Source: Eledone cirrhosa (taxonomy: Eukaryota). From it: 64,000 nucleotides of DNA. This document shows, piece by piece, positions 1 through 12,903 of this stretch. Within the stretch, counting starts at the first letter, position 1. Each line of letters begins with the position of its first letter. The translations under genes were made by a program, and so were the position numbers. The notes under the pieces are model-generated. The model had not been told where the DNA came from. It was given only the letters and a program-made list of their open reading frames with translations, and ran no database searches. The stretch is from contig OZ024760.1 in NCBI GenBank assembly GCA_964016885.1, forward strand, positions 4,588,001-4,652,000, written 5' to 3'.

Positions 1-33
1 TGTCACCCCTTCGTTTTTAGCACTCTCTCTCTC

Positions 34-97
<64 letters not shown>

Positions 98-103
<6 letters not shown>

Positions 104-258
104 AATTCTGTTATAGCGAAATTCACGGGGTATAAAAAAATAATTTGTTATAATGAAAAATTATTTATAACTAGATCGACCTAACACATCGAGCGTGTGG
201 CCGGGAATTGAAAACATTTTCGTTATAATGGTATTCGTTATAACGGAATATTACCTGT
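98..258. mobile_element. Degenerate Tc1/pogo-like MITE
   Basis: Imperfect TIRs agtgaaattctgttata / tataacggaatattacct; left end abuts a TA tract. Confidence 0.4.
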
Positions 259-304
259 GCATGTATGTATATATACACACATATATATATATATATATAA
301 GTTT

Positions 305-606
305 ATCTCGGGTTCAATCGGGGGTAACCACAGTAAGTAAGGTACTCAATACATAGCAGAGTATATTTAATACAGAAATGGCTTCTACAGGACTAGAACT
401 GTTTCATTCGGGAGAAATCAGCAGGGCTTCCTGGTGATTTTTTTCCGAATGAAACAGTTCTAGTCCCGTAGAAGCCATTTCTCTCTTTCTCCCCCCTCCC
501 CTCTCTGTATATAAAACAAAATTTAATATATTAAATTGTGTTGTATACACTCTACTAATGTATTGAGTACCTTGCTTACCGTGGTTATCCCCTATTGAAG
601 CCGGGA
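305..606. repeat. Fold-back inverted repeat, probably a Penelope-type pLTR remnant
   Basis: Inner arms 374-426/430-482 and outer arms about 308-366/545-606; degenerate CTGNTGA..GAAAC hammerhead-like core. Confidence 0.6.
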
Positions 607-1454
607 CACTCGCACACACACATCAATAAAAACCCAAGGCCATATTCATTTTGTTTTGGTTTATTAAAATCCGTAATGTACATTTCACGGAGGGCTCTCA
701 TTGCATTGACAATGTGTTAATTAAATTTAGGGGTATTTTACCTGATCTTCTCAGATTATTTATAGCGATCGGTTGTTGTTAGAGTTTCTTTTTCCGTTTG
801 CTATTCATACATTTTCAAAAAGCTTTATTATGATTAATTAATTTCCTTTTTAATAAATATCTAAAAAAAAAAATTCAATTCAGGTTATAAAATATTTATT
901 TTGGATGAAAATCCAAATTTGGGTGAATGTTAGTGTGTACCCTTATCTGATGCATTTGAACATTGAGCGTTCACCTTTCACCTATCTACAGTATCCAACT
1001 ATAGATATACTAGCAGCTCTCTCTCTCTCTCTCTAGCTTGACGTTGACTCTGAAGGACAACATTATTCGACGTGTCCTTCATTTCTCAAGCGGTAAGGCG
1101 GGGATTTCTGTGAGATTCGGCTTCTATTTCTAGCGAGGTCGAGCGACCACGTAATGACTTACTATTTCGTTCAACCGTTCTCTCTGTATGCGCCATCCCT
1201 CCGCCGGTCTCGACTTATCCAAGACAAAATTAGGTTATTTTACAGGTATGACTTGGCTTCTATCACTCACACACTGACAGTTATGCCGCATTCTTATCGA
1301 GACTTTTTATTTTTTTAATGTGTTCCACGCCGTGATACAAAAGACACACGTGGCTTTTGGATCCTGATGACACTTCAAATTAATTATTTCTTCTCCTCCA
1401 CCTCCATCACCTTCTTCTTTGACTTCGTCTTCTTCTTGGGAAAAGGAAAGAAAG

Positions 1455-1740
1455 AGTGTGTGTGTGTTACATGTGTAACTGAATGTGTCACTGTCTATGT
1501 TGAGGGTGTGTGGGTGTGTGTTACATGTGTAACAGTGAATGTGTCACTGTCTATGTTATGTGTGTGTGTTACATGTGTAACTGAATGTGTCACTGTCTAT
1601 GTTGAGGGTGTATGTGTGTTACATGTGTAACAGTGAACGTGTCACGGTCTATGTTGTATGTGTGTGTGAGTGTGTGTATTACATGTGTAACAGTGAATGT
1701 GTTACTGCCTATGTTATGTATGTAACAGTTAGTGTGTCAC
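1455..1740. repeat. About 50-bp minisatellite, about 6 degenerate units
   Basis: Recurrent gtgtgtgttacatgtgtaac..aatgtgtcactgtctatgtt. Confidence 0.8.
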
Positions 1741-1932
1741 GTTTTATTAATTGTTTAAAAAATTCTTTTGAGAGCAGGTTTTTTTTTTTTTTAGTAAATG
1801 ATTTCTTTTTACAACAATTTAAAGGCAGAAGGTGTGGCAACAGCTATTAGCTGTATACACCCACTGGCAGGTGGTAATAAAAGCTGATCCAAAGACCTAG
1901 TCTTCAGCAATGTCAGCAGGGCTGATTATTAA

Positions 1933-2160
1933 CCCTTTAATGTTCAAACCGGCCAACACCGGCCAGAATTCTCTACCTTTTTCTGTTGAAACTGGCTGTA
2001 ACTGGTCACTCAAACTGATGTTAAGGTATTGTTCTCAAAATAAATACTTTCAAAATCTCATAGATTCGATATTATGTGAGATAAGTATGTGAGATAAAGC
2101 CTTTACCATGAAAAAACAATAGTATATATATATATATAGACTAATGTAAATGTTAAAGGG
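1933..2160. mobile_element. TTAA-flanked piggyBac-like MITE (about 230 bp family)
   Basis: TTAA|ccctttaa ... ttaaaggg|TTAA; related copies at 16831-17060, about 4840-5200, 8530-8705, 41060-41530, 56120-56330 and 60105-60310. Confidence 0.7.
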
Positions 2161-2403
2161 TTAATATGAATGAGAATACTAAATCAGTGTTCGAATCCCG
2201 CCGGGCGACTTTGTCTTTCATCATTCAAGGATCGTTGGAATAAAAAGTACCCGTAATTGCTGCTGGTGTTGTTTGTTTAGCCCCATGTGTGTGTCTGTAT
2301 GTATAAATATATATATATATATATGTAAATATATATATATATATATACCGTGTGTATATGTTAATGAAAGAATAAGAAAAACAAAGTGAGCAGCAGGCAC
2401 ACA

Positions 2404-2450
<47 letters not shown>

Positions 2451-2472
2451 CACACGCATATATATGTATATA

Positions 2473-3260
2473 TCATCATCATCATCTTCGTTTAACATCT
2501 ATCTTCCATGCTAGCATGGGTTGGGCGGTGTTGTCCCACTTGAGGCGAGATTGGTCGGGAGACCGTGTCGTTCGTACAGAACTGTTTCTGGTAGGCTTTC
2601 TACGGCTGGATGCCCTTCCTAACACCAACCACATTTACAGTGTGGACTGGGAGCCTTTTTACTGTGGATTCGGAGCTTTTTGTTGTGTCACCTACACGAC
2701 CACTTTACATTTTCCATGCTAGCACAGGTTAGATAGATTGTCTCTTTTGAGGTGAGTTGGGTCAGGTGACCGTGTCTTACAGGTATATATATATATATAT
2801 ATAAACTTAAGAAAATTAACAAAGACAAGATAATGAATGGAAACAAAACAAAACGTAAAACAATTTTTTAAGGGGAAACCTTAAAAAATAAATATACAAA
2901 CGATATATTAAGTAAGTAAGTAAAGACCCCCTTCAGTCACAAATGACCATGGGATTTGCACCTAGAAAGTTCCCCCCTCCGAGGCACAAATCCAGGCAAG
3001 GTTGTTCGTGGAAGACATCTCGGCAACTATTCCTGGTGGGCTGGCTGCTTTACTAGTCTTCATATTCTTAATTGCCTTACTTACTACTCTGCTGCTGACT
3101 TGTATGGCTGGGCCCTCTATGGGGTCCACTTGGGGTATGGTCTCTTTCTCCCATGCATTCTCCTCATTCATTAATCTTTCATAATGGCTCTTCCATGCAG
3201 CTTTCTTTTTGGTGCCTGTAAGGGTGAATGCGCCTTTATCATCCTGGACACACTTCTCAC
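2473..3260 (-). mobile_element. RTE LINE fragments (3'UTR with (GAT)n tail, and an ORF2 piece)
   Basis: 2990-3260 translates to GEKCVQDDKG..WKSHYERLMNEEN, homologous to the RTE copies at 26-39 kb. Confidence 0.75.
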
Positions 3261-3627
3261 CAGTCTTTGGGTTTTTCATGTGTTCAACATCAGGTACAGA
3301 GACCGCATAAACCAAATTTTTCTTTAATTGAAAAAGTAGTTGTTTCTACTTTTAGCACAAGGCCAGCAATTATCCCAGTGCATTACTGGTGCTTTATTTT
3401 ATCGACCCCGTAATGATGAAAGGCGAAGCTAACCTCAGTGGGATTTGAACTCAGAACGTAAAGGGACGTAACTCCATGCTGTAAAGCATGGTGTCTGACA
3501 CTTTTTTTATTGGGAGTACCATGAGATAGCAAAACCAGTACACTTCGCCGCTGTGACAAAACAAAAAAATTAGGTTAAAAAAAGATCCATTCAAAAATGA
3601 ATAGATATCAGTCTTTGTGAGAAACCA

Positions 3628-4831
3628 TCTATATTATAAAGCTGATGGCCGTATGTATGTAACAAACTTTTCACCAAATGGCTGGACCAAAAAGCACCAA
3701 ATTTGCGCCATAGATGTAACTGTTTCCAAGTAAGAAAGTGAGGGTTTTTGTCTTCTAAATTTCGTTAAAAGATTAAAGATATTTTATCGTTTATTTAAAT
3801 ATTCACTTCTTTAAAATTTTCAAATGTCAACACTTCCGGTTATATAACATTCCCCTCTTTTTCTTAGTCTGTCTTTTTAGATAGATACATAGCTATAACG
3901 TCGCGCCCTTATAATATGTCTCTGTATGTCTGGCTGTCTGCATTAGATACATAACTATAACGTTGCACGTTTATAATATCTGTCTGTCTTCACGAACCAA
4001 AGTATCGTCTTCCTGTTTTCCTTCAGTTGCAACGTTTTTCGAAATATTTACTTCTACGTTCACAGATTGATTTTTTTAGTTTCAGAAGATCCTGTTAAGG
4101 GTCAAAGCAGCGATTCTTTGCTTAAATTTTAATCTGTTATTTTAATATATATATATATATAATTATATATTCGTGTACAGATATTTTTGCATACACAAAA
4201 ACAAAATATAAACAAACGTATTTATTTCATGAAAGCACAGACGGCTTATCGTCATTGTTACTGCCGATATGCCACCCAAAAAGTCTCAGCCTGGCCGAAA
4301 GGTCAGATTTTCCAGAAGAAAAAATGTTACTAGAGCAACAGAGAGACTAAGCTTCGCGATTACAATCAACAAAACTCAGGGTCAAACTCTAAAAGTGGCT
4401 GGCCTTCATCTGGGAAAACCATGCTTCTCCCATGGTCAATTGTATGTAGGATGCTGTAGGGTGAGCTCGCCAAACAATCTCTTCATCTTTGCTCCCGAGG
4501 GCCGGAGAAAAAATATTGTATACTCTGAGGCTCTAACAATGTAATTTATGTATTTTCTGTTACTTGGAATTTCCATTATGGTTGTACAAATTATTGTAAA
4601 GTTTGTTAAAAAATGTGTTCTCTGTTCAGCCTTTATTGTTGTAACTATCAATTTTCTTTAACATACTGGCTGCTGAACTGGGGAATCCTAAAAACTATTC
4701 AAACCCAACATCAGAGCAAGTTACCCCCCCCCCCCCCGGCTGACTTGAGAGGGCATGCAGTATCTTTGCACTGGAGGGGGGAATCCTGAAAAGATAAAAT
4801 GCCAGTATACCTAGCCGGACGGGCCAGTTAG
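3628..4831 (+). mobile_element. Non-autonomous Helitron relic with PIF1-helicase C-terminal fragment (4345-4544)
   Basis: LSFAITINKTQGQTL..CFSHGQLYVGCCRV..NIVYSEAL; putative A|TC 5' end at 3628 and GC-rich end followed by TTAG|T near 4831 (termini tentative). Confidence 0.7.
3990..4145 (+). mobile_element. Penelope pLTR fragment nested in the Helitron relic
   Basis: Matches 23960-24115 (cacgaaccaaagtatcgtcttcc..cagaagatcctgttaaggg); further fragments near 7250-7340 and 59100-59200. Confidence 0.75.
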
Positions 4832-5479
4832 TTGTATACTGAAGTTAAGGTATTGTTCTCAAAATCTTATAAATTCAATATTATGTGAGATAATTATTGT
4901 TTCTACTTTTGGCACAAGGCCAGCAATTATCTCAGTGTATTACTGGTACTTTATTTTATCGACCCCGTAAGGATGAAAGACAAAGTTAACCTTGGTGGGA
5001 TTTGAACTCGGATCACAAAGGGCCGTAACTCTATGCTGCAAAGCATGGGATCCGACTCTCTACTGATACTGCCAATTCACTATCCTTTTTATGCAAGATA
5101 ATTATGAGGCCTTATTATGTGAGATAATTATGTATGATAAAGTGTTTACCGTGAAAATACAATAGTATATATAGAGTAATGTAAATGCTAAAGCTTTAAA
5201 CCTAATGGAAGTAAAATACAACAGATTTCTTGCAGAGAAAGATAGAGAGTGAGAGAATGGAATTGAGAAAGAGATATAGAAGAACTGACCTCAGTACCAA
5301 ACTGGTACTTTTTTTTTATCAACCGTAAATGGATGAATGGCAAAATTGACCGCAACGGGATTTGAACTCAAAGAGCAGAGAGTCAGAATGAATACAACAA
5401 AGCATTCTATCTGACATTCTAATGATTCAGCTAATTCAACATCTTAAATAATAATAGAGATAGACCTAAAGATTATGTT

Positions 5480-6005
5480 AAAAATAATAATGAAATTATT
5501 GTGTACAGTGCACAGGTGCACTACAACTTGTCAAAGGTGCATGTATACTACATAGAATAATATACAAATGTCAGGAAAGTGAACGGTCTGAGTCATGATA
5601 TACATGTGTTGTATGGAGGGGGGATTTCAAGTGTAGTGGTGGCGAATTCCAGGAATCATGGAGGTTTTAAAGGATGCAGTGTCTCGGCAGCTAACAACTG
5701 AATGTGAAAAAATGTTTCTGAAAGTCATGGGAGCTGTGCTATTTTCTGATTTTGTAGGCATGCCCATGTGAGTTAGGCACATGGAATTCAAAAAGGTGCT
5801 CAGGGTTGTTGTATGCATGCATCGTCCTGTAACTCCTGAGGGAGTCATTGGTGTGGTGTATTGACATATGACATTCCTTGGGCATTTTAAAATCTGGCAG
5901 AGGTCTCCTCTCCAGATCTGAATACAGCAGAGTTATTCCAGAGAAGGATAGAGAGAGAATGGAAGTGAGAAAGAGATCAAAAGGAGGAATTGATCCTGTC
6001 ACTGT
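5480..6005 (-). mobile_element. CR1/L2-type LINE 3' end
   Basis: LERR..HLFEFH..HGHAYKIRK*HSSHDFQKHFFT resembles the CR1 C-terminal TRGH..K..FF motif; shorter relatives near 40700, 42000, 56740 and 58440. Confidence 0.65.
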
Positions 6006-6296
6006 CCTAATTATATTACAGGATGTTAATAAAAAATGTTTATGTTAAATGTGTCATAGATATCTACATACTTGCTATTATATAGTGCCACATTTCTGCT
6101 TATTGAGCCTCAATGGTGGTGTGGAGGAAGGATGTTTAATTGATATACTAGAAATAGCTGTTAAATCACACTACCACCTTTAAAAAAAAATGTATGGCGA
6201 CACGGGACTACAATGGCAGAGTGAACCACATAGAAGACAACTTAATGTACGTCTGAGTTCACACCTTAATTTTTCTCTGTAATAGTAGTACCAGAA

Positions 6297-6740
6297 GTGA
6301 TAGTTGATGTGGTGGTGGTGGGGGTAGTAATAGTGGTGATGGTGGTGGTGGTGGGGGTAGTAATAGTGGTGATGGTGGTGGGCGTGGTTGTGGTAGTTGT
6401 GGTGATGGTAGTGGTCGTGGTTGTGGTAGTTGTGGTGATGGTCGTGGTGGTGGTGATGGTGGTTATGGTAGTAGTAGTAGTAATACTAAGGATGGTGATG
6501 ATAGTGGTTATAGTTATGGTGGTAGTAGTAGTAGTGGTGGTGGTGGTGATGATGGCGATAATAGTTATGGTGGTAGTTGTGGCGATGGTAGTAGTGGTGA
6601 TGGTGGCGATAATAGTTGTGGTGATGGTTATAGTTGTGGTGGTAGTTGTGGTGATGGTAGTAGTGGTGTTGGTAATAGTGGTGTTGGTAATAGTTATGGT
6701 GATGTTGTTGGTAGTAGTTGTAGTGGTAGCAGTGATAATA
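6297..6740. repeat. (GTG/GTA/GTT)n compound trinucleotide microsatellite
   Basis: Directly visible. Confidence 0.9.
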
Positions 6741-7187
6741 GAAACCCAAATTTATAGATGCAGAGGGATTTTCTGGGACATCTTTTGGGGAAAAAAAAAG
6801 TGCATCTTATTAGCCATCAAATATAGTACGTAGAAATTCCACAGATGTACACTGTCTATTATGTCTTTACTGTCTTCAAATAAGGGCACTAGGTTGGAGA
6901 GAAATGAAGCAAAGCATGCTCCGATGCAATGTCAATGTGCGTGAACGACTAAGCATGGACGAGTTGAGAGAGAAATAGTGTATAAGAGGAATAAACTGCA
7001 GGAGAGAAGACTGTGTTGGTATGGCCATGTGATACGCATGGATGATGAACTAACTCACTTCAAGCTGCTGATATCTAACCTTGGAGGTGATGTTTCAACA
7101 GCTTCCTAACACCGAGCTTTTCCATTTTCCTACGAATTCCAATACACTCACATTTCAAAACTGATTATTCGAGTTAATTATGTGTGT

Positions 7188-7227
<40 letters not shown>

Positions 7228-7742
7228 ACACGCAAGCACACACACACAAAATCTGAAGAGGGCTCGATAAGGATAATATATATAAAACCATAGAGCAAAT
7301 ATTTATTAAAATAACAGATTAAAGTTTAAGCAAAGAATCTGAAATTTATATATATATATGATATAGAGAGGAAAATACACAAGAGAATGTGTTTTCAATT
7401 ACAAGGGGTTTAAGACCATTAGCGTGAAAAACATAGAAAATACAATAGTTTTGGGAAATACATTATAAGTAAAAGGGTCCTTTTACTCCGTTGTCTTACT
7501 TGATATACATATATCTATATATATGCACACACACACATTTATATATGCACATGTATATATAGTTGATAAAAGAAGGATCATGTAGCATTACAGAAGTAAT
7601 AATAGCAAAGTTGTGCATGAAAAATTGAAACATGTGGGGCAACTGAACAAAAGAGTCTGTCTTCCTCTTCAGGCACCCCCTTGGAAATGCAATTTCATGC
7701 ATAAGGTGTGTATATACATATATATATGTATATACACACACA

Positions 7743-8491
7743 TTGAAGAAGTTCAGGGAGCTACTGCCACTGCTAGCTGCAAAAGGCTTTTCCCTCAAAA
7801 TGAAAGGCAGACTGTATGATGCGTGCATACGAACAGCAATGTTACATGGCAGTGAGACCTGGGCGTTGTGTGCAGAAGACTTGCGTAGATTAGAAAGAAA
7901 CGAAGCTTGCATGCTCCGATGGATGTGTAATAGTAATATATGCGAACGGCAAAGCATAAACGAATTGAAAGAGAGACTAAGCATAAGAGGAATCAAATGC
8001 TGTGTGCAGGAGAAGAGATTACGTTGCTATGGACATGTGATGCATATGAAGGATGACAGCTGCATAAAAAGGTGCAGAGCACTAAAAGTCAATGGAAACC
8101 TTGGAGTGGGGAGACCCAAGAAGACTCGGGATGAGGTGATAAAAGCTGACCTTGCCCAATTGCACCTCTCAACAGCAATGTCACAGGACCGTGACCTCTG
8201 GTGTTACATAGTAATACAGAAGACCCGACTTCCCACGAGTATAAGCCGAAGCATACAGACAGTATGCTCACACTGTAAAGTGGTCGTGTAGGTGCCATGG
8301 TAAAAAGGCACCTAATACTTCTGTAAATGAGGTTGGTGTTAGGAAGGGCATCCAGCTGTAGAAATCAAGCCAAAATCAGTTCTGTATGAGCAAGACATGG
8401 TCACCTGACCTGGCATTGCCCACAACAGGACAACCCGTCTAACCCATGCTAGCGTGGAAGAATGGACCTAAAATGGGGATGATGATGATGA
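7743..8491 (+). mobile_element. RTE LINE 3' fragment with 3'UTR and (GAT)n tail
   Basis: [32 protein letters not shown]; homologous to the copy at 36229-38857. Confidence 0.88.
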
Positions 8492-8699
8492 TACATGATG
8501 GATGAACTGAGTGACGTATTATCATGTGAAACACTTTATTTCACATAATTATCTCACGTAATATCGAATCTATGTGATTTTCATAATATTTATTTTGAGA
8601 ACAATACCTTAACATCAGTATCAGTGGCCAATTACCACCGATTGGAACAGAAAGAGATGAGAGAATTCTGGCCAGATATGGCCAGTTTAAATGCTGAAG

Positions 8700-9115
8700 G
8701 ATTAAGTGGAATCCAAAATGGTGTGCGTGAGAGAAGACTGCATTGGTATGGACATGTGATGTACATGGATGATGATCGCTGGGTGAAGAAGTGCCAGGAA
8801 ATTCCAGTGGAAGGAAGCCACAGTAGGTGTAAACCAAGGAGGATCTGGCTGTAAAGGATGAGAGCTGATCTCCAATTGCTGAGACTCTCCGAGGAGATGA
8901 TGAAGAAACATGGTGAGTGGAGAAATGCTGTGTCCAAAAGGACCCAACCAACCCTTACAAGTGGGGGAAAACAGGCATAAAAATGATGATGATGATGAGT
9001 TCTGTACAAGCGAGATACGGTCTCCCGACCAATCTCGCCTCAAGTGGAACAAGACTGTCCAACCCATGCTAGCATGGAAGATGGACATTAAACGACGTCG
9101 ATGATGATGATGATA
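8700..9115 (+). mobile_element. Short RTE 3'-end fragments
   Basis: RERRLHWYGHVM..DDRWVKKC and (GAT)n tails; similar pieces at 6900-7050, 10030-10210 (-) and 39920-40285. Confidence 0.7.
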
Positions 9116-9126
9116 TATATATATAT

Positions 9127-9250
9127 GAAGGTGTGTGGCTGAGTGGTTAGAGAATTAGATTCGCAATCGTGAGGTTGTTAGTTCTATTCCCAGACTGGGC
9201 GATGCGTTATGTCCTTGAGCAAGACAGTTTATTTCATGTTGCTCCTTCTA
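9127..9250 (+). mobile_element. tRNA-derived SINE head
   Basis: A-box TGGCTGAGTGG and B-box-like TAGTTCTATTCC; same family as 48712-49046. Confidence 0.65.
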
Positions 9251-10333
9251 CCTGGAGTTGCGACCGATAGTTAGTATTAGTAATTGGAAAGACCAAATCT
9301 GATTTGACGAAAGTCGATCATTCCTTTTATATATATACACACACACACATACTCATTGTATATATATGTATATATACTATATATTTCGTAAAAGAATGAT
9401 GGGTGAAAGTGCAGAGGTGTCATATCAGGTGAGAACTGAAATCGGATCTCCTGGCATGTTCTAAATATTTAAAAAATGGTATTGTTATTGTTGTTGATCC
9501 AAAGAGGAGGATTGGTGTTACTGTGCCCCCTCCCCTCAACCCACCCCACCACATACTTTTTACAGCCTTCTATTATTGGATATGGAGTTAACTGGGTGGT
9601 TAATGTAGTTTTTCATTTGCCTGACTGATTACAGACAGTTCTAGCTGTGTGTGTGTGTCATTGAGTGTAATTGTGTATGTGTGTATGTGTTTGCGTCAGT
9701 CTTTCTGTGTGTCTAGGTTTTATTATCATCACAGTGGATTTGCAGTACCGGTAGAGGGTCAGTCGCTATGCTTTGCAGCATAGAATTACGGCCCTTTACG
9801 GTCTGAGTTCAAATCCCGCTGAGGTTAACTTTGCCTTTCATCCTTACGGGGTGAATAAAATAAAGTATCAGTGATGCACTGGGGTAATTGCTGGCCTTGT
9901 GCTAAAAGTAGAAACAATTATTATCATTATTGATACTTTCTTTTTTGGTGTAATTCCAAAAGTTCAATACCACACTATAACTTAGGTATTGAGTGCTCAA
10001 ACTGGTGAACCAATAGTAACTTAACATTACATACCAATAAACTATATATATATCATCCCCATCATCATCATTTTATGTCCACTTTTCCTTGCTTGCAAGG
10101 GTGGGACAGGTCCTCTTCATCACTGCATCTCTCCATTCATCATAGTCCTTCGTCATCCCCTCTGTGAGCTTCAGCGATCTGAGGTCAGCCTCTCACTACC
10201 TCTGCCCATGTTTTTCATGGTCTCTCTCTCTGTATATATATATATATATATATATAACGAAGGAAATGTGGTAAGGAACCAGGTGGACCATAACGCACCA
10301 AAGTACTCAATACTTGAGGTAGTAGAGTGGGTA

Positions 10334-10466
10334 ATAGGAACCAGTAAGACCCCGACAGCTGAGCTCAAGCCGTTTCGACGGCTAATTCTGGACTAATTCT
10401 GGACTTTTTTAGTCCAGAATTAGCCGTCGAAACGGCTTGAGCTCAGCTGTCGGGGTCTTACTGGTT

Positions 10467-10471
<5 letters not shown>
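10334..10471. repeat. 62-bp perfect inverted repeat with 14-nt spacer
   Basis: 10334-10395 is the reverse complement of 10410-10471. Confidence 0.85.
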
Positions 10472-10535
<64 letters not shown>

Positions 10536-11292
10536 TATATTAATAAATGGAAACTATATTTATAAAACCATAATTATTTTATTATATATATTTTAAGGGC
10601 AACCAAGGCAAATTTTGGTGCGCTTTCATCAGATAAAATACAAAATTTGTTTTATAAATGTTGACATACCCGCTGAAGAACAACGTTGATGGTTGGAGGT
10701 TCACTGGATAGATATATATATACACACACACACATATACACATAACTTTTTAGAAAATTTAAAATCCGAATTGAAGAAAATAATTGTAATATATATATAT
10801 ATATGAATTCAAAATATGGGAGCACATAGAACAAAGGCAACGGAAAAACAGACATCCCCATCTCCTCAGTTAATCTTTGGAAATCATTACATTTTCGGTG
10901 CATTAGACCAACTTATGGTTTACTTCTGGGTCTTCTGCTTGTTGACTTGGCCCGTAAAATCTGTTCGTAGTTCTGAATCTGTGATCTCTTGATGCAGAGA
11001 AGTAGTGACTTCTTGATCTCCAAGTTATGAACCTTATCAACTAACGTTACTCCAAAGACACTTTGGAGGAACCCCTTTTCGGCCGCTTGTATTTGTAATC
11101 ATATTCTGTCAGTCATTACTCAAGATTCATGATCATAGGCAAAGGTAGGCACAAACACCTGAGATAAATGTACAAAAAGACAGGTTACAAAAAGACAGGT
11201 TGGTTGTTGGTAGAACACCTTTGATTGCACATAGGTGTGGTTGATTAAGATTGACCCATGGTTAAACAACAACAATAAGCCATTATTCTTTA

Positions 11293-11485
11293 TGGCAGTG
11301 GATTGGCAGTATTGGTAGAGGGTCGGACACCATGCTTTGCAGCATAGAGTTACGGCCCTCTACGGTCTGAGTTTAAATCTTGCCAAAGTTAACTTTGCCT
11401 TTCATCCTTATGGGGTCGATAAAATAAGCACCAGTAATGCACTGGGGTAATTGCTGGCCTTGTGCCAAAAGTAGAAACAATTATT
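11293..11485 (+). mobile_element. Abundant tRNA-derived SINE (representative copy)
   Basis: ggattggcagt..gagttcaaatc-like B-box..aactttgcctttcatcc..gggtcgataaaa..gtagaaacaatt; more than 10 copies, e.g. 3338-3500(-), 4896-5080(-), 9735-9920, 12062-12250(-), 20715-20905, 50430-50815, 61470-61880(-). Confidence 0.8.
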
Positions 11486-11697
11486 CTTAATGACATCAAG
11501 AAATATATCAAAAGTTATATCTGAAATATACAAATAAATTTCACACAGAAATAATAGTTTATATACTATATCACACACACACACTCACACTCACATTCAT
11601 CCACACTCACACACACACACACAACTATACATGAATATAAATACATTAATTTTTTTTTATTACAAAAAGTTATTCTGGGCATGTAAAATGTTTGTGT

Positions 11698-11750
<53 letters not shown>

Positions 11751-12299
11751 ATGCACACAAACCTATACTGAGTCTGTGATTAGATAATAACTGACACAAC
11801 ACAATATACAATGTATATAAATATATATACAGTTTTTTTTCTTTTGCTTGGGGCGCCACCTTTAAGCTGACCATAACAACTATATTTGATTTTTTTCATG
11901 TCTAGTTCTTGATTTATTAATCTCTTTTTATGCTAGACCAAGCATACTTATCGATGCATAAGATGCATGGGTTCAATTCTCACACACACTAATGCCCATT
12001 TTGTTTCCACTATGGGGGTTCATATACCCTAATTTTAGACTATTTTCTGTACTCAATGAAATAATTGTTTCTACTTTTTGGCACAAGGCCAGCAATTACC
12101 CACTGCATTACTGGTACTTTATTTAATCGACCCCGTAAGGATGAAAGGCAAAGTTAACCTCGGCGGGATTTGAACTCAGAATGGTAAGGGCCGTAACTCT
12201 ATGCGTCAAAGCATGGCGTCCGACCCTCTACCGATACTGCCAATCCAACGCTGTAGTCAATGAAATAATATACAAATACTTTATATGTCAATATGACAA

Positions 12300-12536
12300 T
12301 ACCTATCACGGATGCTTTAGAGGGTTGTTACACACAAATGCTAAGATAGATAACATCAATCCTCCCTCCCACTAGCCATACTATCTGTGTCAGGTGTCTT
12401 TAACACAAAAGATAACGAACCTGCTACAAAATATTTTCTATGGCAACCCACAAATGTGAAACAGAAACACGGAAGACCTGTCAAGACATTAAAGAGATAG
12501 TCATTGAGGAAGATGTAGAATTATCTGGTGAAGAAC
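12300..12536 (+). pseudogene. Old LINE ORF2 3' remnant interrupted by Gypsy-1 (continues 16533-16570)
   Basis: DALEGCYTQMLR..KYFLWQP..GRPVKT..EEDVELSGEE|LRDML reads across the insertion when one GAAC copy is removed. Confidence 0.55.
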
Positions 12537-12903
12537 CATCTCACTTACCACTTTTCATAGGCGCCGCTAAACTCCACTGCAGGTTACTCCTCTTCCACGT
12601 GCGTCCAACTGCTTAACACCGGGAGCTGCCAAAAACTCGCGTCCACACCGTTTGCTGGTCACCACTAGAGAGAGGCCCTCTGCTGGCCCTTCTGGTCAAG
12701 CATCCTTCCGGCCAAGCACCCTTCCGGTCGAGCACTCCCCTGCTTCCGGCCACCGCACGCCACACCATACCCACACGCCCCCCTGATCTCAAGGATCAAT
12801 TTCCCCCTCGTCCCTCTGCATATGAAAGTCTGCTGTCCAGGTCGGTGGTCTACGACTTCGTTGCGATCTCCGTAGTATTGGGGCAGAGCTCTGGGTTTCC
12901 ACC

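Noticed and set aside
4269-4544. Host PIF1 gene exon
   Set aside because: Only the C-terminal motifs in Helitron style, with no other exons; better explained as a Helitron relic.
6297-6833. Poly-Val membrane protein ORF
   Set aside because: Trinucleotide microsatellite; similar artefacts at 43432 and 62304.
10665-10705. CTGAAGA hammerhead-like start
   Set aside because: No GAAA core or closing helices; too degenerate.
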